A stretch of DNA of 64,000 nt, taken from NCBI RefSeq assembly GCF_009914755.1, contig NC_060930.1; one strand, 5' to 3'. This DNA comes from the human T2T-CHM13v2.0 reference genome, Homo sapiens. The notes beneath the pieces were generated by a model. That model was not told the DNA's origin. It was given only the letters and a program-made list of their open reading frames with translations, and did no database searches. Position numbers and translations under genes: made by a program. The stretch's first letter is position 1. Each line of letters begins with the position of its first letter. Of the stretch, positions 29,421 through 47,877 are shown one piece after another.

Positions 29421-32400
29421 AGGCATGATCTTAGTCTAGTAATGTTTATTTACTTCTATCAACATATGTGTTTGGTAAGTTAATTTTTTGGATAATGAAT
29501 GATACCGTAATGGATATTTTTTTCTCACTACTTCTTCCTTTCTCCCTCTTTTTACACAATTAAAAAACTAAAGATAAAAGTTGGCTCTATAGGGAAAGGT
29601 TTTATTTTTTACATTTCTGGCAAATTTGAGATTTCTATAAAATTCTTCATAGGTATATAAAACAGAGTAAGTATATTTTGTTTAACTTTTAAAGCAGGGT
29701 ATTATTCATTTGTTAGTTGTTTAAAATCTACTATAATTATGGGTAAGGCAGTGATACAAAAGGAAGAAAAGAAAAATCCCAATTTATTCATTAAATAAGA
29801 ATGTGTCAATGCATTTTGAATGAGAAGTCATTTTAAACTCCAAATACAAAGATGAGCAAGACGATTTTTTAACCTCAGGAATGGCATAGTAGGGAAAAAA
29901 GTAAGTGTATGTATATCATTAGATTCATACAGTCAGGCTGAATGTGGAAAGGGCTTTAAGAAAGTTATTAAAATTGTTTTTACATTCTGGGGAAGTAGAA
30001 ACATTTCCATCTAACAGGAACAGGGCAGTTTCACAGAGGAGTTGGAATTTGGACTGAGTTTTGAACAGAAGAGAATTTCGATGGGCAGATCAGGAAAAGA
30101 GCAGTTCAGGAGGAGGGAATGGTGGGCTGTGGAGCATGGGCGACCAGAAAGGCAGATTAAGTTAAAACAGGGTTGACAAATTGGGAGAACACAGGATTAA
30201 GGGACTGGAATTTAAGTTTAGATTTGCTTTAATAAAGAAAAATGTTACTTTGTGATGAGAGAAAATAAGCTAAAAATTAAAAATTTAAAAACCAATCCAC
30301 TCTGAGAGATTAATTAAAGTGAAGATGGGGTCTGCTAATGTGTTACTGAAGTGAACTGCAGAGTACAGTCACTGGCATTGATGAGTCTAGATGCTGTGAG
30401 AAAGATCATTAGCGCATTGACAATTCTAAGTAGCTGGAGACCTTTTAAACTTTCAACTTCCATATTTTTAGTAATTTTTCAAATGTGATTAATTTAGCCC
30501 ATGAAAACACACCCCATCATTGATATAACCAATCATTATAATTATTTATTCGACTGGTGTACTTTGTCTCTAAATGACACATTTCTATGAAAAAAAGATC
30601 AGTTTCACTAACTCCTCAGGCTTCTGGCTGTGACTTTTCATAAATGTCTGTATGAACGTAAGCTATAACTTTGCTTCATTGTTGTTTAGATGACATTAAT
30701 AATTGGTTTTACTTACTGACTATGGGCATTTTAATACAAGATTCCATTTTAAAAGTGTGTACTTGTAGCTTATTGCAACACAGTGACCAAAGACACCATA
30801 TTCTTACTTCTGGAATCAATTTGTGGGCATTGTTAACAGTATCTTCACAACTGCACTAGTCAAGCAATCAGAGCTAAGCTTTCAAAGCAGATTAGAGGAA
30901 GCTTATTAGCAATAAAATATAGTCAAAATATACCAGGCATAATCATATTTTTATGTAGTGGAATTACCTCAGCACATGGAGAATCTAAATTAAATGAGTT
31001 TATAATTGAGGTTTGTGTGCAAGGGAAAAGAAAATTCGTCTGTTATGGAAACGCTCTATATTTTTTACATTATAGCCAAAGTCTTAGTTACCTTTTGAGG
31101 GTATCTGTAGGTGCCATTAAATTCAGCTATCCTCTTCTGCTGTGGGTATAAGCACATGGCAAACCCAGGCAAAAATTAGAAAAATAAAAAGGATTGTAGA
31201 GAAATGGAGATATAAAAAATTAATAAGAGAAGAGGCAAGCTAACTCCCTTATCCATTTTTTTCCTCAAGGTTATTAACAGAAATTATTTCCAACATAAAT
31301 GTCCATAAATAATTTTGAAAATCTAGAAAGAAATTGCATTTCTACTTTAAAAATAGCTTTCTATGGCTGAAGGTTTGCTTCAGTTGTTTTACTGTCACAA
31401 CTCCCAAAAACCAGCTGGTTCTGGGATGTCGTAACAATTTGATACTTCAAACCAATGGTTTGTGCTCATTGGCTCCCTGGTGCAAACAGGGAGATAAATG
31501 CTACTTAAATAGTAGGTGAATGTAATTTTGCACTTTAGAAAATGTCTGCATGTTTATTAGAGAAGTGAATGCTGAAATCAGCGAACAAAATGTAAAGTGA
31601 GCAACTAAGAAATACTTATAAGAGCTCACTTGTATTATTTAACTGTGTAATCCTCTATCTCATATATATGTAATACTTTCTTCAAGTTCATTATAGCTCC
31701 CGGGCCCAGTACATCCTAGTCCAGTTCCAACCATGTCTAATTTTAAAATAGCTATGCTCACTTCAAACGAAGATGTTGCTATAGCTTTATTTTATTTTAT
31801 AGGCTTCAATTTTAAAGTTGTATCACCTATAGATAACAAAGACAGCTTTCATGGACACCTCAATTTAGAAGAGTCTTATAGGCACTTTGTGAGATAAACT
31901 GTAAGTGTATGTGCTAATCAGATAATTCTTTTACTAGAGACTTTAGGTGAAGATAGCAAATCTTCTAAAACAGACTGATAATTAAACTGGGTTGATCATT
32001 ATTGGGTTCATTATTATCAAATTGAAATATGCTTTATTTTGTAATGTTTAAAATGTGTTCTTAAATTCAGTAGAATATTAATATTATATTATACTTTTCC
32101 ATTTTTAAATCATATTAAAAATAGCAAAAATATTACTTCTTCAAAAATGCTTTATACTTCATGTATATTACTGATTTTAAGTAAAAGTACAATTAAGACA
32201 ATTAGCCAGACCTATTTATGAGTAGCTCTAATTGGAGCAGCTTGTTGCTGGACCCTATTCAGTGGTAGAGATAAGGTTGAGATGGCTGAATAGTTCATCT
32301 AATTTGAAATACTTTGGTGTCACATGGACCTTTTCCTGAATACCATGGCTATGTACTCACTATTTGGCCAAATGCTGAAAATGAACATATATTTGCCTCC

Positions 32401-34883
32401 GTCAAAATGTTTTGTAAATGTTCACTCAGACATTGACATAAACAAGGCAGAAAGGTTAATGGATAAAAAATTCTTTTTCTTTAAAAAAATACATACACAT
32501 ACGAATTTTCTCTCTTTTAGTTGCTAACCTGCTTTTTAGATTAGTCCATGGTTATCTTGGAAGAGGTGTGGGAGAACAAGGTGAGAGCTAAGGAAGGAAT
32601 TCTATGCAAAGCGTTTCTGATTCTCTTAGTATTTTGTGGAACAGCATGAGACATGTCTTCCAGTTGTGTAGGATAAGTACAGCCCACTGAACACTGCTTA
32701 CCAGCAGTTTACCACAAGCCAGTTATAACATCAAAAACATCGGAACCCTTTCTTTTCTTCTATATTTGAATAATGATAAATGCCTTCATGCTGTGTGAGC
32801 ACTATTGAAGTGTGTTTCTCTGCAGGTAAACTTGGCAGTGTCTTATATAACTACACTCGATGGGAGTATTACTTAAACAGTGTGAAATACATTGTCTGAT
32901 AAAAATTGTATCACAATTTGGAATGACGTTTATGCAAGTGGATAGTCTGCCAGTTATTTTATAGTCTAAAAAAATGAACCTGTAAGGCTACAGTATAAAA
33001 TCCAAGTCTTTATAGTTGTATATTTGTAGTGAAAACAACCGTGGGGGAATAATATAAGCTTAATCATTTGGTGATTAGTCTACCAACTATTAATGATGAG
33101 AGATAACCTATCTGTTCTTTATTTCTAAAATAAGATGTGTAATACAGCTAATTAGTCACTATTTTAAAAGGAATTTAAATATAGTTTTCATTGAAATTCA
33201 AATATTTAATTGCATGTGTACCTAATGCCTAATTATTTACATGTTGGCTGATGTTCTCTATTATCTAACTGCTGTGCTGTTCTTAATTGCTGCTAGTTCA
33301 TCTCCGCCCATCTCCCTTGGTGATGATAGTCCTGCATTTCATGGCAATTTTCAATAGCAGTTTAATGGTCTTAAGTGGGTAGCATAATAGCCAGGTGAAC
33401 AACAAAAAAAACAAAAACAAAAACAAAAAAACTATTTGGCAAATTGGGATATGAGAATTGAGGCCAAAACTTTTAGTCCTTGCCAATTTTTTTTAAAACT
33501 TCAATTATCTTGATTCATATTCCCATTTGTTGGGTTGGTAGGCACTCCAAAATAAATATAATAATCAGAGAGAACACCAACTGTAGGTACTAGTTTTAGC
33601 AACTGAAACAACTGGCGTTAAAATCACTGAGCTTCTGTTACATGAATACCTGAGTATTATGTGGCTACTTCTGAAATGGAGTATGCAGTGCTCTTATAAT
33701 TGGGCATTTCAGTTGAACACTGCTTCAGTAAAGTAACTGGCATTTCAAGTCTTCCTTCTGTAGTGATTGCTTTGTCTTTATTCAATGATTGCTTTTTTAA
33801 GTTAGAATCTGGTTGCATAGTGCTCCATGGTTCTTTCCTATGCAGTGGTGTTTCTCAGTGTTGATGTGGAGAAGCCAGGAGACATCCTACAACTCTGAGA
33901 AGCATTTGATGTTGGCAGCAGTGGCTGTGAGGTTAGCCCATGAACTTAGGGCTAGAGGTGAGTCTTAACCTTCCAATTCAGCATCTTTTCCATCTGAACA
34001 TTCAAGTCAAATGGGAAACCTGTTGGCCCTCCAGCTGGATCTTTCCACTGTTTTAACTGGAATGAATTGGATAAGTTATAAGGCAGATGGTAAGATTGGA
34101 TCTGATGGGATGGAGTTTGGTGAAGTGGAAACTTTTAAGCATTAGGTTTGAGATAGCTAGGGAGTGTTGACCTCTCTTTCCCCCTGACATTATCCTCACA
34201 TTTGTTTTTATTCCACCATATCTACCTTGATCCACCTGATTCTTTTCATTTTTTTCTTTCATTCTCTTTGTGCTGGCTTTCTTTCCTTTTTTAAAATCCC
34301 ATGGTATCTCATCATCTCTTCTTGTCCTCCCATTCTACAAATAGAACATGAAATTGAAGCCTTTTTTAAAAAAAAAAAAACTAATTACAGAATTAATATA
34401 TGTTTACTATGTACTTACTACAATTAGAAACTATATATAAACAAAAAAGAGAGCTTGCCCATCAATCCACATGCAAAATTGGTTGAGTACCTTGAAGATT
34501 TGTAATAGTATATAGAGAAGAACATTATTTTTCTTAACTATTTAAAAGTGTATTCTGCATTCTCAATTAAAAGTCATTTTATCTTTTACTTTTTCTTTTA
34601 TTCCTTTTTAAGCAACAAATGAATTAAATTTCCTTTGTTTTATATATGACCTATTAACCTCAATGGAGAAAGAGGCTCCCTTTGTTTGCTTCAGGACTTA
34701 CATATTGTTACAGTTAGTCCTTAGGTAAATGAAATGAGAAGAGCTTCACATCAGCACTAGTTCTTCCCCATGGAATTTTAGTTTCTCCACAACCACTTTA
34801 CTGAATGTGTATAATTATAAGAATTATTTCATTTTCTTACAACTTTTTCTCTTTATTTTATACTCTCACCCTATTATCTGTCC

Positions 34884-34898
34884 TTTTTCTTTTTTTTT

Positions 34899-34930
<32 letters not shown>

Positions 34931-35224
34931 TTTTTTTTTTTTTTTGAGACAGGCTCTTACTCCGTTGCCCAGGCTGAAGTGCAGTGGCAGGATCATGGCT
35001 TATTGTGCCCTTGACATCTCAGTTTCAAGTGATACTCCCACTTCAGCCTCTTCACTAGCTGGGACTACAGGCTCTTGCCACCCCACCTGGCTAATTTTTC
35101 TATTTTTTTTGTAAAGATGGTACTTTGCCATGTTGCTCAGACTGAACTCCTGGGCTCAAACAATCCTCCCCACCTCGGCCTCCCATAGTGCTAGGATTAT
35201 AGGCATGAGCCACTGCACCTGGCT
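34884..35224 (-). mobile_element. AluJ (Jo-like) with (TTTC)n/T tail
   Basis: Diverged antisense Alu dimer with GGATCATGGCT and CTGGGCTCAA J-type motifs. Confidence 0.88.
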
Positions 35225-36656
35225 TTTATATTCTTAATATTTCTTGTTTCTTCTATTTATTTTCTTTACTTTAAACTCGTTGTTATAAAGTGGTATGGGT
35301 TAATCAAGAGTGATGGAAAGATTAGCTCTGTTTTTCTGTGTGTGAGTGAAAGATTTAGAAGTAAGAAAATATAATTATTCTTCTTCCCAAAGTAATGATG
35401 TTTACCAAAACACTGGTAACATTACTTTAAATTTCCTAAATTTATAATTCAATTTAGTAAAGTAGGACTTCTGAAATGGATTTTTAGATATATTGGGGAA
35501 AAACAATTCAGGATCTAAGGTAAACTTTTTAGGATGTATATATATTTGCATGCCATTCATGGTTGTGTTTATCTGAAAACCTAATACATTTTTATCATAA
35601 AAATCTACATAATTCTAAATCATCTCAAGTGAAATTAGAATTAATATAAAGAAATAAACAAATATTGGAAGTTAAAATTTTCAGATTTATTAGGTGTTAA
35701 ACTGAATTTTTCGTCTTCTACTCCTATCCTCCCGTAAACACTATCTAGAAAATTGTCACCCAACCTATTGTAGAACTAAAAACCTAGTGGTCTTCCTCAT
35801 CTTCATTGTCTTCATTATTTCCACTACACGAAACATTCCCTTGTAACAAATATAATATTCACAGCATTGTGCAAAAAATGTACATTTTAAATTTCTAGTA
35901 TAAAATTTGATTTGTGACTCTGAGCCCCCAGTTTCCTTAGGGCAAACAATATGGGTGCTTTCAGTTAATTTTAGTCCAATCCAGTAATTTTTCAGTTACT
36001 TTTCCATTTAAAACAAGTAGTTCGAGGTTCAGCCTTCTGATCATTTTCCTGATATGGAATCTGGGAGCAGCAGGGAACATAAGTAATGTCACGGTGTCAG
36101 GATTGGGAGGTGTGCATTTTGGATCCTGATTAAATGTATCAACGTAGGTAATATATTGTGATTGTTTCAAATAGTGGAGATCAGGAATCCTTCCTGGTAC
36201 AAATTCAGTTCCCCACAGTAACCTCAAAATTGACTTCAAACCTACTGACTTCAAATCTGACTCATGATGTTTCTCCTCTCCCATCACTTTTCACTGTGTT
36301 CTGCTGATCTCCATACTGTTTCCTCAATGATGGGCCCAAAAAATGCTGGAAGTTTTCTTCTATTTCTCTCTTTGAGAATCATGAGGCACTCATTGGGATT
36401 GTGGTTCTTGGATTGTTTCCCTCTTTGTATGTATTTATGTATGAGCCATATACAATCAACTGTTCTCTCAATATCAAGAGGTAGCAATTTTAAATGTTCT
36501 GTGTTTTAAACTTTAATGTATAACTTACGTCAGTCAATCCTGATAATACCACTATTCTCACTAGTCATCAACATCATTATCATCATTGTCATCATCATGT
36601 AACAATTATATAATGGTTAATATTGGCCACAAATCAATCCTAGTTCCTTAAAATCT

Positions 36657-36735
36657 ATTAGTTGAGCCTTATGAAACTGCCCTTTTTGTCGGTTCAAATG
36701 GTGAGTAGAAGCAATTTCATATGGTTCAACTTATT
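36657..36735. mobile_element. MADE2-like mariner-derived MITE (~80 bp, palindromic)
   Basis: Terminal inverted repeats tagttgagccttatgaaactgc ... gcaatttcatatggttcaactta match the remembered MADE2 consensus. Confidence 0.75.
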
Positions 36736-36994
36736 ATTACTTCAATTTCCTTACAGGCTTACAGCCAACACAGTGATTCAGGCCACCATCATCTCACAAC
36801 TAGAAATCATCACTGTGGCCTTCTAATGGATATTCTTGCTTGCAATTTAGCCCTCCCCCATTTGTTTGTTGTACTTCAGCTAGGTTAAGCTTTATAAAAC
36901 ACAATAGTATTGAGCTATTCCTCTCTCTAAAATGCTGTCATGGCATCTGATTGACCTTAGTATAAAATCCAAGCTCTGTTAATGTGATTTATAA

Positions 36995-37128
36995 GTCATG
37001 TAGCCGTACATCCCAGTTAGTCTCTGACAGCCCTGGTTTACAACTGCTGCCCCAGCCTAATTAATAGTGGTGTTCCCTTTATTCTCAGAAGTGGACTGGT
37101 TTAGATGATGAATTACATGACCACCTTA
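36995..37128 (+). mobile_element. MER94-like hAT-Blackjack MITE
   Basis: catcccagttagtctctgacagccctggtttaca...ttacatgaccacctta resembles the remembered MER94 consensus. Confidence 0.55.
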
Positions 37129-37320
37129 TTTATAATGTACCTCATGCTCTGCCCTGTGCAGTTCTCTCCAGCCTCATCTCTCACCACTTTTTAAATCATA
37201 AAAATGAGCTGTATCCATTCTGAATTCCTTTGGATTTATGGAATATATCACTGTCTCTTTCAGTTCAAAGCCTGTGCCCATAATGTTGTCACTGCCTAAA
37301 ATATCTCTCTGTTAACCTGA

Positions 37321-37706
<386 letters not shown>

Positions 37707-37855
37707 TGAATTTTCCTATTTCTGTACCCATATTGGCTCTATTCTTCCCCTAATCAAACCCTTTTCCCAATTAACCATGTTTATATCCTAGTTTATGTGC
37801 TTCCTTTTAGCATGTACCATTGTTTCTCTAGGGCCTTATAAGTATTTGTTATACA

Positions 37856-37948
37856 GACATTACATATATATATATATTATATATACATGTGTGTATATAT
37901 ATGCATATATATGCACACATGTATATGAGAGTATGTGTGTGCACATGT
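37856..37948. repeat. Degenerate (TA)n/(TG)n simple repeat
   Basis: Directly visible. Confidence 0.8.
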
Positions 37949-38524
37949 TGAACAAATTCATGAGACAAAATACAACTTTAGGTTGCTTTTGGACTTTGAC
38001 ATCTGCTCTTGACTTTTTATGTTGAGAAAGGGATGTTGAGAGTATGAAGCACTATAGCAAGGGAGAAGAAAAGAAAGAGAGACCAGAAAAGGGCTGATTA
38101 TTGAATATCAAGAAAGGAACACATAGAAAACAAGTAAGAGGCTTTGAACTGACAATTTGGATGGACAACTACATTCCATTTCTGATCATCGATCCTGTCT
38201 TTGCACTATTGCTTGCACTTATCTTAGCAGGGGCACTTAAAAAGCCTGAAACGCGTATCTTGCCTGCAATGTACAAACTTATCAGAACATCTCATATAGT
38301 AACATAATTTTCAGTATAAGTATAGATAGGAATTACGTTTAAATTTGAGTAAGTATTGGACTAAGATTATCTCTCCTTTTTTAAAAGTTGGTAAGTTATG
38401 TTAAACAAAAACAAAACAATTTCTAAAATGATGACTAAAAGTAAGGGTTGTTTAAATCCATTTTATAAGATTTACTTCCAGAAGATGAAAGTGGGAAGCT
38501 GAAGTGGCATATCATTTCTAAGCT

Positions 38525-40718
<2,194 letters not shown>

Positions 40719-40897
40719 CCTAAATTAGGAAACAAATATAACTATATTAAAAGGGGATAGTATATCCAATATATTTAATACAGAAAGGATGAAGATATAG
40801 ATAGTAGAATGATCAGAGGAATAATAATTTTTTTCCCACTGTTCTCAATATCACTGCTAATTCCTATAAGAACACAATTACTCAATCACTAATCTGC

Positions 40898-41280
40898 TGT
40901 AGTAGTCTGATTGATGCTAAGCCATGCTGCAGGAATGAATAAACCCCCAAATCTTAAAATCTTAGCATTATAGAGGTTTATTTCTCAATGATGCAATGAC
41001 AAATACAGGTCCATCTGGTGACTCAGGGTCCCAGTTGTCCTCCGCTTATGATGTTTCCAACTCAGGAAATGCCTTTTATGGTTGCTATGGCAGAGGAAGA
41101 GAGGAGTGGGGAGCTGGCACCTAGGTCTTCAGTGCTTCAGCTAGGAAGTCATAGTCATGACTCTGCTCCACATTTTTACAATCTAAGAATAGTCAGATGC
41201 CCCTCTTAACTGCAAGGGGCTGAGAAGTGTAGGGAACACAAGAATATTTTTTGAGAGCTACTATCTCTGCTTACATATAA
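40898..41280 (-). mobile_element. MLT1K/J-like old MaLR LTR
   Basis: aaacccccaaatctt...aggtttatttctc and taactgcaaggggctgagaagtgtag motifs. Confidence 0.5.
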
Positions 41281-42164
41281 TGGCAGAAGAAATATCCTCC
41301 TAAATCTATTAAAATCATACTATGCTCTCAAAGATTCTAGCTGCTCCCTTAATTTGATATTTTATCCCTGCTATAATTTTTACAAGCTTCTTTTCATATA
41401 TATATACACACACACACATATGTATTTATGTGTGATGTATGTATACATAGCTATTACCCAAGTCTTTCCATTAACATGGTGTTATATTTGTCCTTACCAG
41501 AACTACTGACTGCTAACAACATAAAACTCTTTTCCATCCAAAATCATTCCTATTTAAACATTTATTAGTGTTCAATTCTAATACCATTCAACTGCTCATA
41601 AAGGAGAAAGAGGAAGAGAAGGAAGAGGAGGAGAAATTTTCCAGGTAAGTTTATAGAGTAAAGGAAACAACCTGCCATTTTGATTGTTTTGAGTATCAAT
41701 TAAATTATCAGTTAATAATTCAAGAAAATATATCCCAGGAAAAAAAAATCCCCTGTATAATAAACTAAAGCTTTTTTAACATCCTTCTTAATCCCTCATA
41801 TGAAAAATTTATACTCCCCTCTTAGATATTAATAAAAGCTCAATGTACAGGTAGCTAGGGTGCCCCCCGTCTTCCCTGCTGGATTTGTAGGTCCTGCTCA
41901 TGCAGAGGGGTTATTTCCCAGCATGTGGATGCTCTATTTGACTCCACTGTAGGCCAACCACCCCTTCTCATCAATCATGTTGCAATTATTTTTTACACAA
42001 TTACGTCTTCTTTTAGAGAAGAGAATTATTTAACCAGAAATAACATCAACAAGCCTTTTACAGAATATACATGCTTAAGTTTCACACCATATTGTTGAGA
42101 TATTTTAAGTGTTTAAAAAATAGTATGTGAATATATTTCGGTTGTAAAAAATTCAAAGGAAGCT

Positions 42165-42885
42165 TTATACCCATTAGGATGGCTGCCATAATTTTAAAAA
42201 TGGAAGGTAGAAATTGGTGAGGATGTGAAGGAATTAGAAGCCTTATGCATTGTTGATGGGAATATAAAATGGTGTGACAATCATGGAAAACAGTATGGAG
42301 GGTCCTCAAAACATTACAAATAGAATTACAATAGGATCCAACAATTCCACTTCTGGGAATATGCCCCAAATAATTAAAAGCAGGGTCCTGAAAAGATATT
42401 TATACATCTCTGTCATAGTAGCATTATTTACAATGGCCAAAAGGTGGGAGAAACCTGGCTGTTGACAGACGAATAGATAAATAAAATGTTGTGCATGTAT
42501 ACGATGGAACATTATTCCGTCTGTAAAAGAGAGGAAATTCTGACACATGCTACCATATGAATGGACCTTGAGGACATTCTGCTAAGTGAAATATACCAGT
42601 CACAAAAAGACAAATGCTGTTATGATTCTACTTACCTAGAGTAGTCAGAATCATAGAGACAGAAAGTATAATGGTGATTACTAGCGGCTGCAGGGAGAGA
42701 GGAATAGGGAGTTATTATTTAATGAGTACCGAGTTTCAGTTTTGCAAGATGAAAAGCATTCTGGATGTGAATGGTGTTGATGGTTGCACAACAATGTGAA
42801 GGTACTAATACTACTGAACTGTATACTTAAAAATGGTTACAATGATGAATTTTATGTTATGTGTATTTTACAATACTTTAAAATA
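42165..42885 (+). mobile_element. L1MB-type 3' end (sense to LAMA2)
   Basis: ORF2 end/3'UTR motifs: atgaatggaccttgaggacattctgctaagtgaaata, gagtttcagttttgcaagatgaaaag, ctgaactgtatacttaaaaatggtt. Confidence 0.8.
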
Positions 42886-44945
42886 ATTCAAAAGTAACAT
42901 CCTCACTCCCAGTGCTCTATACAGAGAAAACCAATGTCTTTATTCTTTAGTTCTGCGTTTACATAGACACAAATTCTCACATAGCAATATATGGTTTATT
43001 CTTTGATTCATTTTTTTTTCACATAAATGCTATCTTAATGCATATCTTGTTCTGCATGTTCAACAATGTCTCAGTCTTGCCATGAGAAACGGAGCAGGGA
43101 AACTTCCTGGGCCTAAACTGAATAGGCCATTTTATTCTCTTCTCTGCCACATTCTTTGTGGTTCTGTCTCCACTGGACTGGGACTCTCCATTGGTCCTTT
43201 ACCAATGAGCCATTCTATTCTCATGAAATATTCATGAGAATGTTTCACCAGATCTAGGATTTCTACATATTACTTCTAACATTTCCATATTTCTTTGCCT
43301 AAAATTTTCCATTCTATTTGAAAGTTGTGTGCCTTTTTTCTTTTTCTTTTTATCACCTACATGGGGAGGTAGAGTGTTGGCTTTCAAAGGTGAAATTGCA
43401 TCTTTCCACAACTCTGAGTTTTCTGAGTTTTGAGTCTGTTCTTGACTTCTTTTAAAAAAAAACTCTTTGGTCATGGTGGCAATAGAGGTTAGAGTATGAA
43501 TACCAACTCCTCTCGTTTAGGCCTCTGTTCTTTAGATATGGTCATTTTACCGCTTCAAGGATCAGAACATATCATATCCCAAATTTATAATCCCCAGAGG
43601 TAACTCAGATATGTATAATTCTTTAATAACAATCTGATTTGTTCTCAATATTTAAAGTGAACCCAAGATGAAGAGTTGGAAAGGAAATTTTTAAAACTCT
43701 AATGCTTTAGTAGGCTCTCAAACTGCTGACAGCTCAAGTGTTCTGTCTCTTTGGCAACATATAAAAATCCAGAATAACAGTTAAATATTCCACAGCTAAC
43801 TATTATTTAATACTAATATTATGTCTTGGTTAATGGAAGACACCATAGACCACATTTTGAATATTTGTGCTCCTTTTTAATATTGGTAATCCTCCTTCTG
43901 AGATAAATTCAGGAAATCTGACCTTTCTCCTCAGCCCTTTTGAAATAAAGACCACTTTTCCAATTAGGAATATCTAATGTAGTGTTAAAGCTCAGAGTTG
44001 AAAAGATGTTTTAGTATTCATCAGATATAACGTTGTAGTATTATTGGTAACATTGTGAAACAAATTCCAGTACACTTCAGCTCTGCTAACAAAGATGAAA
44101 TAGAGAATAAAGTAGGTGTATGCTGAATCTTATTAAGGTTGACATCCAGTTTGAATACATTCATCCTCTAAGGTATAGTTTTGGGTATAAACCATCGAGC
44201 AAGCACAAAACAGTGAAGCTGAGAGCTGCAGAACATAGAGATCTGGTGGATTCTAAAGGACTGAGAATGATCGATGGCTACTGAAATGAAGTGTGAAATG
44301 GTATCCATAGCTGATATTTGTCTTTAACTGATAAAATGGCTAAAGCATTTCCTGGTCAACACACCACTCTCCCTCCTCTCTTCTCATTCCTCTAGAACAG
44401 TGGCCTTCAAACTCTTTTCTTGATAACAAATGCACTTAAATTGGAGAATATCTCTCTTTCTAACACACACATAACAAAAATGTCATGAGATGTCTTAAAT
44501 ACTTAGACATTTTACATTCAGTGTACTCCAATATTTCTATTTTATATTCTTTTTTAAATACTGGTTTTGACCTATTAAATGGACTTCAAGAAATTTTTCA
44601 GTCTCATCTAGGCACACAGATTTAAATATTACTTCTATGTTAGTGACCTCTTCTGTGAGTAAGCTCCGTCTCTAACTTTCTATCTCCTTTGGATATCCTT
44701 ATTCGCATATTCCTTCCAGAACGTACAACTTAACGTGGCTTAAACTTAACAGCTAAACATTCTCCCTCTGAAGTATCCCATTCTTTCCACAGTCCTCACC
44801 CACCTCCATCAAGTTATTTTCCTCCTGTTTCCAAATTTCTGCTGAGGGTCCCATCAGTCTTCCAGGTGTAAACCATTAGATTCCTACTAGATCCCTATCT
44901 TTCTTCCCGTTACTATATCAGTGAGCAAGGTCTTGATTCTATTTC

Positions 44946-47410
<2,465 letters not shown>

Positions 47411-47499
47411 TCTATTTCTAAAGTATTTCTTATATTTTCCTATTTCTTTTCATTCCTACTGCTTACACCCTCATTGACTGAACTATTGCAACCGCCTCT

Positions 47500-47877
47500 T
47501 GAGGTGACTGAAATATTCATAGATATTGCAGTTATTCTCCTTTTGGGCATATAGTAGGATTACATTTGCTCACCCCTGAAATTAGGCATAGACACCGTCA
47601 ATGAAATGTGAACAGAACTGACATGCTTTACTCTTAGATTGAATACGAGTTTTACAAGCCAGTGCATAATTCGCCATGCTATAGAGACAGATGATCTTCC
47701 AGATGGATGCCTGAGTGTAGAATATATAGATCAGTTCCCCCCACCCTTCACACATGGGCCCAAAATGTACACGGAGCAGGAGCAAGAAATACACGTCCTT
47801 GCTATCTTTGTTAGTTTAATCCACAGAGACTTTGGAGTCTGCAGTTATACAGCATCCTAGCCTGTCCTGACTGATAT
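47500..47877 (+). mobile_element. MLT1I/H-like old MaLR LTR
   Basis: caatgaaatgtgaacagaactgacatg and terminal acagcatcctagcctgtcctgactgata motifs. Confidence 0.6.
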
